A stretch of 64,000 nucleotides of DNA, taken from positions 868,001 through 932,000 of the forward strand of contig MU004195.1 of NCBI GenBank assembly GCA_010093605.1, read 5' to 3'. The notes under the pieces are model-generated. The model searched no databases. It was not told where the DNA came from and saw only the letters and a list, made by a program, of their open reading frames with translations. Position numbers and translations under genes: made by a program. Within the stretch, counting starts at the first letter, position 1; each line of letters opens with the position of its first letter. Positions 26,697 through 37,469 of the stretch are shown here, piece by piece. This stretch comes from Lophium mytilinum. Its lineage: Eukaryota.

Positions 26697-27314
26697 CTTT
26701 GGTGACTTTTCGGCTTGCGAACGTTGTCTAGCTCATAGGGATTCTGGCTTTGAAACTAAAAGGTGGGATTGTCGAGTCTCAAAAAATTCCAGGATATTGA
26801 GACGGTGACGGGAAGAGTGGTGGTTGAGATAGGCGGGATAAACAACGCACGGACCAATCAGAGAGGTGTCTCAGCTCTGAAGTCGAATTATGTGCTTCTC
26901 GGATCGAATGTCAGATGAAGATATGAGAGAGATGACGAGGATGGTGTTGAAGGATGGAGGAAGTGGGAAGAAGGACGACGCTTATACGGCTGGGCTGGGG
27001 ATCACATGACTATTACGGGTATTCGCCTCTCTGAAACAGCTTCATCGGGCGGCTGCAGCCTGTGCAACTACAAACGATATCGTGGCATCCAATTAGGGCA
27101 AAACAGGTACCCAAGGATCATTTGAAAGTGCAGCTATTTCACGCCCCAAGCACTTCCGCTTTAATTGTGATAGGGGCTTGAATTACCACCAAACAGTCTA
27201 CACAGACTTCTGCCTTCTTGTCATACAAGAATATAGACGAAGTAGTCTACATCTGCTGCTCCCAAGAGCCAAATGTTCCTACATACCCAAAGCCCACTCC
27301 TAGCCAATGTTGAC

Positions 27315-28352
27315 TCAGGCTTTGCGGGATGCGGCATCCTTCGCCATTTGCATGTTGTACATTGCCATGAACCTCTTGCCCCCTTCATACTGCTTGTGGC
27401 CAGGCGGGTAGACGAACAGATCCATCCTCGCCCGCTCCATATCCCACTTGTATCGTTGGACCCACGCCTCTCGAGTCGAGCGCCGACCCGCCTTGCCGAG
27501 GATGAACGTCAGTTGGTCCCAGAGGGCGGTCGACGCAACCCATACGAACTTGAAGTTCACTTGAGGGAAATCCCTCTCCAGCAACAACTGGGCCAGACGG
27601 TCCATGGCCCGATACATCGGCAGATTGTTCACCATCGGATCCTTGCGGATATCCCGCAAGAGAAGGAGCAACTTTCGCGATTTGCAGTCGGCCCGCCGTT
27701 CCCGTGGCCGTTGCCAGGCGTTGGATCTTGCACTGACGAATCTCGAATTCCCGGCTAAACGCTGTCGTCATATCGCACGCTGGGCATGAGCAGGTGATGT
27801 CCAGGTCCGCAAGCTCGTTCCTGCGCTGTGAGAGGGTCCCAAGTGGCCCAACCTTGGTCCTTGTGAACTCTTCGCCCGCCGCAATATCCTTGAGTACTAG
27901 CACGGTGAACACGCCCTCGCCATCATTGAAAGGCAAAATGTTTGGGAGGCAAGCATGCTTCACATGCGCGAAATCGAGGTTCAGAGCTTCCCCGGGATAT
28001 GGTGCGAAGTTTTGCGCGTTGCGAGCCCACTTGGAGTGTAAGTCCGTGATTTCATCGAGGTATTTGCGTGCTTCAAGGCTTGCAGCATAGTATGTAGTTC
28101 TGTCTCGAATTCCGCGGATCGTAGCAGCACTGGAAGGCAAGGCGAGGAAACGAGCTTTGTTGGCCGGAGACAGCGCCTGAAAGGCGGGAAAGATATCACC
28201 AAAGCTAGATCCTCCAGATCCGGACTTGGGAACGATCATGTCTGGCTTGCCGCAGATGATGCGGGTGCCGGCTTTGATGAAGCGCTTCGCGAAGACGCCT
28301 TGGCCTTGACCGGTAGCAGGGTCTCCGATTTGGTAGAGAGAAGCTGCTTTAG
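27315..28352 (-). pseudogene. SET-domain gene with apparent +1 frameshift and degenerate active site (first exon not located)
   Basis: Exon begins after an acceptor at about 28353 and reads GQGQGVFAKRFIKAGTRII ... KHACLPN ... DIAAGEE ... CSCPAC. The helical C-terminal part continues in another frame from about 27671. Confidence 0.65.
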
Positions 28353-29958
28353 CTATGTACGATTAGCGTGCGGTTATATTTCATGCAGCTGCCTCTGGTG
28401 CATCAAGAGACGTGCGACAATCGGGACGACATGACTATGACTGCTTTACCCTGATGAAAATATCTCGGCAGACCGGCGGCATAATAGGACTTTGCTCGCC
28501 TGATCTCCGTGACGATCGAGATCACATCCCGCATTTGCGGTGAGTTGAGATCGTTCTCATCCATTGCAGTGTCTGCGCTCTTTGCAACCTGGGAATTGAG
28601 TGGTTGTAGGTAGAGCTGCGGAGATGTGTAGGCGGGGTCGGAGGAACGTCGTGGCTGGAGAAACGGATTTTAATGTTGTTGGGAACCGAAGGAAGAGAGC
28701 TGGTGAGGTGCCGAGTTGTGTGATTACTTCCCACAGGTCCTTCTCATTCACCTACGTTTGAGAACGACCGGAGAATTCTTACAGTAAAAGTTGCTCCATT
28801 CAACGGGCTGGGGACAGCAAGGCGCAGGAGTGATATGATAGAGAATGGTTTTACTACATCTTGCGAGATATTGAAAGACGAATCCAAGCCTTCTTATCAC
28901 GTGATTCGAGCAAAGCTATCTCAGTCGCCGTCTACGATTCAATGACCCGGGCTCTATGCCGCATAGAGCAGTTTAATACTTGAATGACCTTGAACATGGC
29001 GAAAGATGTGCTTTTCAGAACTTGACTGATTTCCACATCTTGCAGGTGGATTACTTATACATGAAGGAAACAATACGGCTAGAAGCAATCCGCAATGTCG
29101 AATGTAAACCTAGATATGTGAGAAATCAAGACTTTCAGTTATTGGATTCGAGAAGATCAAACCTGTTACGAGACGCAAGAAGACACTTTGATTGCTATAA
29201 AGACTCACGTGCTGGTTACATACTACCGTCCCAAGGTCTGGCTACCGTCTCGAGGCCTCAGAGCACGAATCTGAATCTCTCAGAATCAAGAGTCGCTCAA
29301 GTAGTACCACTGTCTCATAATGATTGCTCTGTCCACAAGGGCTCCATATTCAGCGGAGGAAGCTGGGTGTGGACAATGAAAAGCGCTTTGCTGTCATGCA
29401 CTGAAAGAGAATGGAGAACAAAAAGGTGGGAATGTCAAACTAGGCTGAAAGTTAGGCTATGACATAAGCCAACTCATGGGAGCTCGTGTCCGTCCGCTAC
29501 CATACATATTCAAATTATCACCTAGTTGACGATAGACGCGTGGTGTTGATCGACTGGACATCGGAGTGACGTTGCTGGATCTCGGGCTAGTTTCCGGCGG
29601 CGACCGCGGGCCGAAGTGGTTCAGGCAGGCCTTCGAGTCCGACCTAGGCAGCGTCAACCTTGGAACATACAAACAGCTGTATTGCTATCCCACACTTCAG
29701 CTATCCCTTCTCTACGCTTCCATTTCTTACCTCTCACCTTAGACGCGCCTAACCTTACGTCCTCTGCTCCATCGCTGCCTTGCCACAGCCTCTCACCGCC
29801 GTCTTGGCCACCACATGCCCTTGCACTGCCGCAGCTTGTCCCCAACCGCCTGCCGACCTCTCCCAGTCACCACAAGGCTGCACTTTGCCTAAAAGGCGTC
29901 TTTACGCCCCGGGAAGCTCTATTGGCACACGAGCAGCCCGTCCACGCCCCCGAGCACC

Positions 29959-32355
29959 ATGTTCTCCGAATGTAAGTCTCCAGCGCTCTTATCAGACACC
30001 CCGCGAGGCAGCTGATGGCCACTGTCTCACAACACCAACTCGCGTGACTGACGGGCATGCCCTTTCTTCGCAGATGCCTCGAGATTCCTGGCCCAGTCGC
30101 AGTCGCGGCTGTCTATCGGCCAGCCAGAAGCCCCCCTCTCAAACCGCGACCGCTTCGAGCGCCATCGTTCAACTCATCGCAACAGCCCCGCCTCACAATC
30201 ATACCTTCAGCGACGCAATATGCCAAACCCGTATCAACCCAGCGGCTCGCGGATGGGCCAGTTTGCCTTCGGATCGAGGACCTCTGCTGCACCAGCACCG
30301 TTATTCTACAGCGCGACAGATGAGTTTCGAGAGGAGGATGACCAAGATGAGCATGCCCGAGAGATAGAAGACCTCTATGCGCTCCAGAAGTCACGGCGGC
30401 ACTTTGGTTCGAGTCATCTTACAGAATCGTCAGAAGGAGATTATGACGCAGAGCGAACCTCCGATGCCAACGTGGAAAGACACGACCTAGAAAACGATCC
30501 GCCAGATTATGGGGCCGGTAGAGGTATCAAGAGCTCGTGGCGAGGCGAGAAACCAAACACAAGAGGGAGAGCTGCCGGAGTAGAACCACTGCAAGAGCGC
30601 GATGAGCGGGACAAGAGTGTGCCTCTATCGGAAGCCAGCGAGCCTAGCAGTGGGGGACGCGGGAAGCTCGTGGATGTAGAGCTTGCATCTACTATTCGAG
30701 GCAGCATGGAAGATCTCAGGGCTGAATTAGAGGCGGATGGGAACCTTCTGGACGATGCAAATGACCAGCCGCCAGCATTCCAACAGTTCCGAAACGCTCC
30801 CAGGCGAGTGCGGAGTCCACGAACACGATTACCAATACACAAGGAAACAGACGAGGAAGCATTACTGGACAACTCACGGCCAATAAGTCCGGATCGGGAG
30901 AGCGTGCCAGCAGAAGTGCAACCGGAACCTATAGCGTCTCCACGACACGATCGTTTCTGGGCGGAGGTCTTCATCATCGGCCATTGCGCTCTACTCGGGG
31001 CCTTTTTCATCGCCCTGTTGCAGACCTCTCCCCCAGATAAAAAGCATCCGATAGGCGATACCATTTACACAGCCCTCCATTCATCCTTCCACCTCCTCGC
31101 AGTCTACTCGCTCGTTTCGATAGTAGTTGGATTACTGTGGCTGGCCATGCTCCGCTCTTTCGTAAAGCCACTGATTCTAGGCATCGTGGTATCCGTGCCT
31201 GTCATATTATTTGCCTTCTTCCTCTATCCTCTTGTGTCCAGCTTCAAAGGAACTTGGCACGGGGGCAGCGTTCAGGACAAGGCTATGCGGTGGTTCTCTT
31301 TTGTGCCCGCTGTGCTTGCGGTCATGTGGGTATACACGGTGTGGAAAGGACGCCACTCTCTCACCCGAGCCACCGAACTCCTTGAATTCACGGGTCGGAT
31401 CTTGACAACCATGTCACCACTCCTACTTGTTGGCTTTGCAACGCTCGCGACAGTCGTGCTCTGGACCTGGCTCTGGATCTTGATGTTCACACGACTCTTC
31501 CTCGAAGGCCACTTTTCCAAGAGCCGAAACCTATTCATCATAGACTTCGGCACCTGGTGGCTCGGCGCAGCTTTTGTCCTGGATTATTTCTGGACATTGG
31601 CTGTCATCTCTGGAATCCAACGAGCGACAACGGCAGCAACTGTCAGCCAGTGGTACTTCCACCGCAACTCGGTGCCGTCACCCTCACCTCGAGTTGTCGT
31701 TCAGGCATCAGCCACCCATGCTTCGACCATCATGTTCGGCACGATATGCCTGTCGACATTCTTGTCTCTAGCTGTCCGGCTACCTCTCATCATACTCCCT
31801 CGCCGCGTCGCGGGCATCATTTCCTTGTTCGCCTACTCTCTCATCCCCACCCCGATCGCCTCCCTCACCAACCCTTTGACCTTGACATACGCCTCTGTCC
31901 ACGGACAACCTCTCGGCGTCGCAGCACGCAACCTTTCTCAGATGTCGTTCGTCTCAAACACCTCACCAACGACAACACTGAGCCCGGGGTCCTTCTCCTC
32001 CCCGACCGGAACATCTCTAGTACCCTACCGCCTCGCGAAGCTCCTCCTCCACGCCACTCGCTTCATCATGTGTCTGACCCTCGGCTTCGGCGGCTGGGTC
32101 ACCACAGCGCGCATGATCGAGGTCCCCGACTCCGGCGTCAAGGGCAGCATGTACGCCTACGTCATCGGCATCATCGCCGGCGCCATCGGGTGGGGTATAC
32201 TCGGTGCCATGGAAGGCGTCCTCGGTGGGATCCTCGACGCTCTAGTCGTCTGCTGGGGCAGCGAAGTCGGCGTGCACGGCTTCGGGGAGGTGCGGTACTG
32301 TCGCGAAGCTGGGGATTTGTTCGCCGAGAGGCCTAACGGAGGCCGCTTTCGTTGA
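29959..32355 (+). CDS. Choline transporter-like (CTL/PNS1-related) multi-pass membrane protein, 2 exons
   Basis: ATG at 29959, intron 29972-30073, giving MFSEYASRFLAQSQSRL in frame with the 711-aa ORF. About 8-10 TM segments and motif ATTAATVSQWYF ... FGTICLS. Confidence 0.85.
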
Positions 32356-32768
32356 TTTATGAACCTATATAGAAGCATTGCTTGACTTGTCGTATCCGAG
32401 CGGGGAGTTTTGCATATAGCGCGGGTGCTGTGGCGCGGGGCTTGAGCTTCATTGGTGGTAGGCGCGAATAGTGTTGGGTTTTGTACGTTCAGCCCCAGAT
32501 GGGTTTGGCAATTTCATCTTTATATTCTCACGTTATCATGGTGGTTTGTACTTCTCGATGATAAGTGGTGTGCCGTGATGTCTAGTCTGTCTCGAATTTA
32601 ATCTGTCATATAGCTTAATGCCGCCCGTCTATCTATCCATCTATCGTCCATCATCTACTCACCTCAGTACGTCTCTATCACATATACCTTCGGATACCTA
32701 CGATCGATCGCTCTGCCATCGCTCTGCCCAGAGCACCAAAAGACATACCCTGCGAGAACAAAAAAGAA

Positions 32769-32912
32769 AGCTCCCTCTCGGGATTGAACCGAGGACCTCG
32801 TGATTACTCCACCCCTGGCGCACCCAGGAGGGACACCCGATGGAACACCATCGCCCGGGCTCGGCCAGCTGGGTTTTACGAGTCACGCGTTCTACCACTG
32901 AACTAAAGGAGC
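32769..32912 (-). tRNA. tRNA-Thr(CGT) with 72-nt intron (32805-32876)
   Basis: Acceptor stem GCTCCTT/AGGGAGC, D arm GTTC-AGTGGTA-GAAC, anticodon arm CGTGA-CTCGTA^A-TCACG, T arm CTCGG-TTCAATC-CCGAG, followed by a T-rich Pol III terminator. Confidence 0.93.
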
Positions 32913-33527
32913 TGATTTGATGGAGATTGTCGCCGCTTGATCTGTATATGGGGCCCGAGAAGCTTTGATCTGGGGGGGATTGAGGTGGGAGGGTTGGGAG
33001 TGTAGTGTGCACGAGCTTTCGTGTTATTCACGTGGCATGTCGGTGCGTTCCGCCCACCGCATTCGGATCCCCTGCTCTGCTCAACCCTTACTGACTAACA
33101 ACCTTCCAAAGGTGTCCCCGACCGGCCCCCTAAACCGGAGAACTTCCCATGGACACCGAGAACACAGCGGCTAAAAGGTATAGCTACATCGCGGGCTTGA
33201 ATCGAAACTCTCTTTAGTGACGTGGATTAAGACCAGCTACTCCTCGCCCACTCATGCAGCAGCGCCAGCCCGATAGAATTTGACAATTCATGTACTGTGC
33301 TAAGTCACGCACCTTCCCACCAAGTCCCAAGACCCACCTAAACAGCTATAACCCCGTGTAACAAGCACTCAAAGCTCAAGCGCATCTAATCCATATCCAA
33401 CGTACTCAGCATCCCGCCCCTTCCCTCCAAAAGTCTGTCTCCCTTCCATCCACCAAAAAGAAATTTTCAGGGGCATGGGAGGGGTTATAGGGGTATAGGC
33501 ATGCTAAGAAGAAAAGAGCAAAAAGAA

Positions 33528-33624
33528 TGCCGCTTCACGGGATCGAACCGTGGACCTCGTCATGACGGACACTTGGTTGGGAGTGCTGTACAAGTGACGC
33601 GCTATACCACTTAGCTAAAACGGC
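33528..33624 (-). tRNA. tRNA-Thr(TGT) with 25-nt intron (33564-33588)
   Basis: Acceptor stem GCCGTTT/AAGCGGC, anticodon arm CGTCA-CTTGTA^A-TGACG, T arm CACGG-TTCGATC-CCGTG, downstream TTCTTTT terminator. Confidence 0.95.
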
Positions 33625-33805
33625 GGTTGGCTGATTTTGGGGAGGCGGTGGCGGAGGGGGGGTTTTATAGGTAAGGAAGAGTATTTAGGGGGTAGGAGGT
33701 TAATAGAGGGTAGAATAGAGTAGAAGGGGTGCGAGGTAAATAAATATAATTTAAATAGAAGAGGTAGAGAATATAAGAGATATTAAGGGCTATAGAATTA
33801 CTATA

Positions 33806-34490
33806 GGGGACTAGTAATGCTACACCGGGTTCTTCCTCCACGCACACCGTGTAATTCCTCCACGCACACCCCCCTCCCGTCTAATCTTCTAATTGGCCCG
33901 GAGAGCTCGGATTACTACTCCGGCGCTTATGTATCCGTGTTGTAGGGTGAGGCTGCACAGCCTTCCCATTTTATTGTGCGTTCTTACCGCTTCCAGTAGC
34001 CTATATACAGCTGCGCGTGAGGCCTTATATAAGGCCGTGCGTGAGGCCGTACGTGAGGCCGTATATAAGGCTGTACTTACGGCAAGGCTGTGCAGCATGC
34101 CCGTTTTAGCATGTATACTGCCCGTTTCCTGTCTATATAGGCTATTATATTGCTATATACGTGCCTACGCGCCTAGGAGTATACTGAAACAGTTAAAACC
34201 TTACCTTATTGCGGCCCCTCCGTATTAAGCCTGGCCGCAGCCGCTCTCTATAGTACTTTAAGGGCTATGGTGAGTGTATTATAGAAGTAGAGGATAAGGA
34301 TGTGATTATTTATGGCCACGCCGCATTTGGATAGAGCATGAGATTACTATAGTAAGCGACTTGAGGGAGCGGATCAGAGGCCTTGGAGCTACTCTCCGGG
34401 CCAATTAGAAGATTAGACGGTAGGGGGTGTGCGTGGAGGAAAAGGAGGGTGTGCGTGGAGGAAAAACCCGGTGTGGCATTACTAGTCCCC
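33806..34490. mobile_element. Non-autonomous DNA transposon (MITE), 685 bp, about 100-bp TIRs, 8-bp TSD TTACTATA
   Basis: Left TIR 33806-33905 (GGGGACTAGTAATGCTACACCGGGT...) is the near-perfect reverse complement of right TIR 34392-34490. TTACTATA flanks both ends (33798-33805 and 34491-34498). No transposase ORF. Confidence 0.92.
34012..34075. repeat. 12-bp tandem repeat inside the MITE
   Basis: Units of the type gtgcgtgaggcc / gtacgtgaggcc / gtatataaggct / ttatataaggcc. Confidence 0.8.
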
Positions 34491-35267
34491 TTACTATACT
34501 AGCTAATGGTTTTAGTATTAATAGAAAGAGGAGCGGAAGGCTTATTTAGTAGAATTAAATATCCCATCGGTTCTAGACGGGTCTGATCTCGACCAAAACT
34601 TCGCTAATTCACAGCTTGAAAATCCTTCCAATTCCCAGACTCTTCAACCCATCAGCTTGACTGTAGAAAGTTAAAAAGAACAAACAGGTATTGAAAAATA
34701 GACGCGGCCATGAACACCGAGGGTACTGCTTCTGATGCTGCTGGAAGTCAGCTACTTTCGCCAACTGCAGGACTTACTTTGAGCGAGTTTCGGGAATCAA
34801 GGATGTTTTGGAACCATTTGCCTCGTTAGGATCTAGAATGAAAACCATGTACAGGAACGTGGTGCGATAATGCCTGTTTATGGAGGAGTGGCGGCCCAAC
34901 ACGCAGCAGGTAAACGTTGAAAAAGGCGAAGATGGCAGAGATAGCAAGAAACAAACGCCCAGTGATAAGAATGAAGTGGAATTCTTAGAGGCAATAATCG
35001 CGCCACTGTCCCAATGTAAGGCGTAAGAAAACAGAGCTAACTGTCAATGCTGAGCTTGCTAAGAGTGTAGAAGCAATGGCATGTCTGGATAGACAAGGCA
35101 TTTGCGCAACTGATGAAGGCTGTCTCTATTAGGATTCTTGATAAGAGAAAGGTCGAGCAGTAGATCTATATCATCGTATTCATGTTCCAGGCTTCGTTGA
35201 GGTCTGGGGGTACTAAAAATGGCTAGGATTAGACATGAGAATGAGGCAGATCTAAGACCACTTATTG

Positions 35268-37469
35268 TCAAACAAGCTGAAATGTCTGCAAAGGAACCCC
35301 ACGTTTCCTCAACGCGTCTGGGAGCATTCTTGGATCCGAGTTCATTTCCTCTCCGGTCATTTTGTTTCGAAAAGTTTCAAAAACTGGGGGGTCTTCAGCT
35401 GTTCTATCTCTTGGTACGTGCTCCCATTCGGGAGGCAGAGGTTCCAGCCGTGGATCTTCTGATAAGGAGTGGTGCTGGCCAGTTATGGAATTGAAAAACC
35501 GATGTCGATACTCGCCAGCGTCATCATCATCAACATGTACCGTCCATGGTGCTGGGATTGGTCCGAGAAGCGCTGTGGCGTCGCTCAGGCCGTGAACGTA
35601 GACGCTTCCAACGACCTGAAATGACCCAGCGGGATGAGGACGCAATAACATCTGGTCGTTACTACCAAGCAGAACACAAACATAATCGCCTGTTCAGGGT
35701 CAAGTGTTGATCACAATACTTATTGAATTATACTTACCAGGTTGCGCCGCCATAGGTCCTAATCCTATATACCCCTCTCTTGTCGTCAAAAATCGACCTC
35801 CCCAAACGATGCCAATCGCATGTTTGAGTGCTCTAACGCTGGCCGGGTCAATGTGGCAATTGTTAGCGCGGTTGCTGATATTCTCAAACACCAAATCTTT
35901 CAATTTCTGAGTGGGGAGCGCAAACGAATACGCCGGACATCGCTCTTTAACAAGATTGCCACCAAGCGCTAAAACAAAAGCGTCCTCTCGGCTTTCTCCG
36001 GTGATATATGGCGTTGTTTGATACAGAGAATCCAGCGCCCATGCTTGAAAGTCACGCAGTGCATCTTCCACCTTCCACGCTGGCGGCTCTGTAACGACCG
36101 ACACGGTTGCACAATGAACACCATCTACCTCTAGAACGTTGGGAGCTAAGTATCTGGCTGAAGCTCTTGATGCACCACTCGACACCGAAGAATACCCCAA
36201 GCGCTTGCCTGCCGGTGCAGACCAATTGGGAATCCATGATGCACTTCCAGCCAGCATGTTTTCCAGGCTGCAGTATCGGAGTAGATCCAGTCGATGAAAG
36301 TGATCCAGATATATGAGAAACGCTTCTTTATAGACAGTAGTGACCGGAAGCGAATACTGTGGTTCGATCCTGCTCGCTAAGGCCGAACTCGTGAGACCCA
36401 GCAGCCCATAGATTCTATCCCTAGGATCAGAGCATTTTTGAGTGGTCATGCTGTAGAGCAAGCGGCCAAAAGATATCGTCTGTAGAGGTTGTGTGAGAGG
36501 CTCAAGATTGGCGAGTGCTTCGTGAAATTGAGCCGGCCAACCGCCTTTCATCCATAAGCAGACTACTGCTCGGCGGAGGCGAGACCATGATATTGACTTA
36601 TGTCCACATTGCATCCGGGTGAGGCTGTTCGCGAGCTGGACTTCTTGCCAGACCCATAAGCGGGAGAACCAAGGGCGACTTAGTAGATTTTGTGTTGCGA
36701 GACTGGTCGTAAGGTTGTATGGCAAATCGCACGTCGAATCAAACCAATGCACCTCAATCGCGGAGGGGGAGCGGGTGAGAATCTGCCCCTTGCAAAACTC
36801 TGACTGCGCGCCGAGATAATCTAACGTTCTAATGGCTAATTCGCTGTTTTCTGATTGCGGCCCAAGCCAAACCACAACACGTTCCGCTAGCCTGTAAATA
36901 TTGGCCATGCGTTTGACTTGCTCGTTCCGTTCGATCTCGTCATGCTGATTGATACATACGGCGTCAACCCATAGGTTACGTGGCTTATATGGATATCGCA
37001 AATGTCTCAATGCTGACGCAAGATTTTGCGTAATTGGTATCGTGTTGTCATTTTTTGATGAAGCTGCGTCTGCCGGCTCAACATAGGCATCTTCTGGGCT
37101 TTCTGTTAAATCCCAGCTATACGATAGTGCTTCGTACTGTGGCTGGAAACCTGGACCAGGCGCTTCTGGAGGGCGGGCATAGCGCGATGAGTCGACTGCA
37201 GCATCCGGATGTCTCCAATAAGTATGATCGTCTTCGGAGTTGTAGAAGATGTAATCACCCTCAACAGTTTCGACGGCCTGCCAGGTACTTGGCAACGTGC
37301 TTCTGATTTCTTTCAAAGACATTCTCTGCACCGGGTGTAGCTCAGGTACGACGAGTCGGACAAGAGAGAGTTCCATTCGAATTGCATCGTGAAATGAACC
37401 AGGTAACAGTTTGAGGACCCTAATCTCCTCAGTTCCGGTAAGAAGTCTAGTGTATTGATAACGTGCCAT
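35268..37469 (-). CDS. HET-domain protein (HET-6-like) with inserted WW domain and two C-terminal WW-like repeats, 2 exons
   Basis: ATG at 37469, intron 35690-35737. HET motifs EIRVLKLLPG, YEALSYSW, LWVDAVCINQ.D..ERNEQVKRMANIY, RPWFSRLWVWQE, CSDPRDRIYGLLGL and GDYVCVLLGS. Confidence 0.92.

Noticed and set aside
28980..29462. 160-aa ORF
   Set aside because: Non-ATG start, no motif and no coding-like codon bias.
33833..33870. Direct repeats resembling a CRISPR array
   Set aside because: Eukaryotic genome, only two 16-bp copies per TIR, no spacers and no cas genes.
33889..34228. ORFs inside the MITE (AVREAVREAVYKAV)
   Set aside because: Translation of the 12-bp tandem repeat; no transposase motif.
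34344..34355. Internal TTACTATA identical to the TSD, suggesting a nested insertion
   Set aside because: No associated TIR; likely chance in TpA-enriched sequence.
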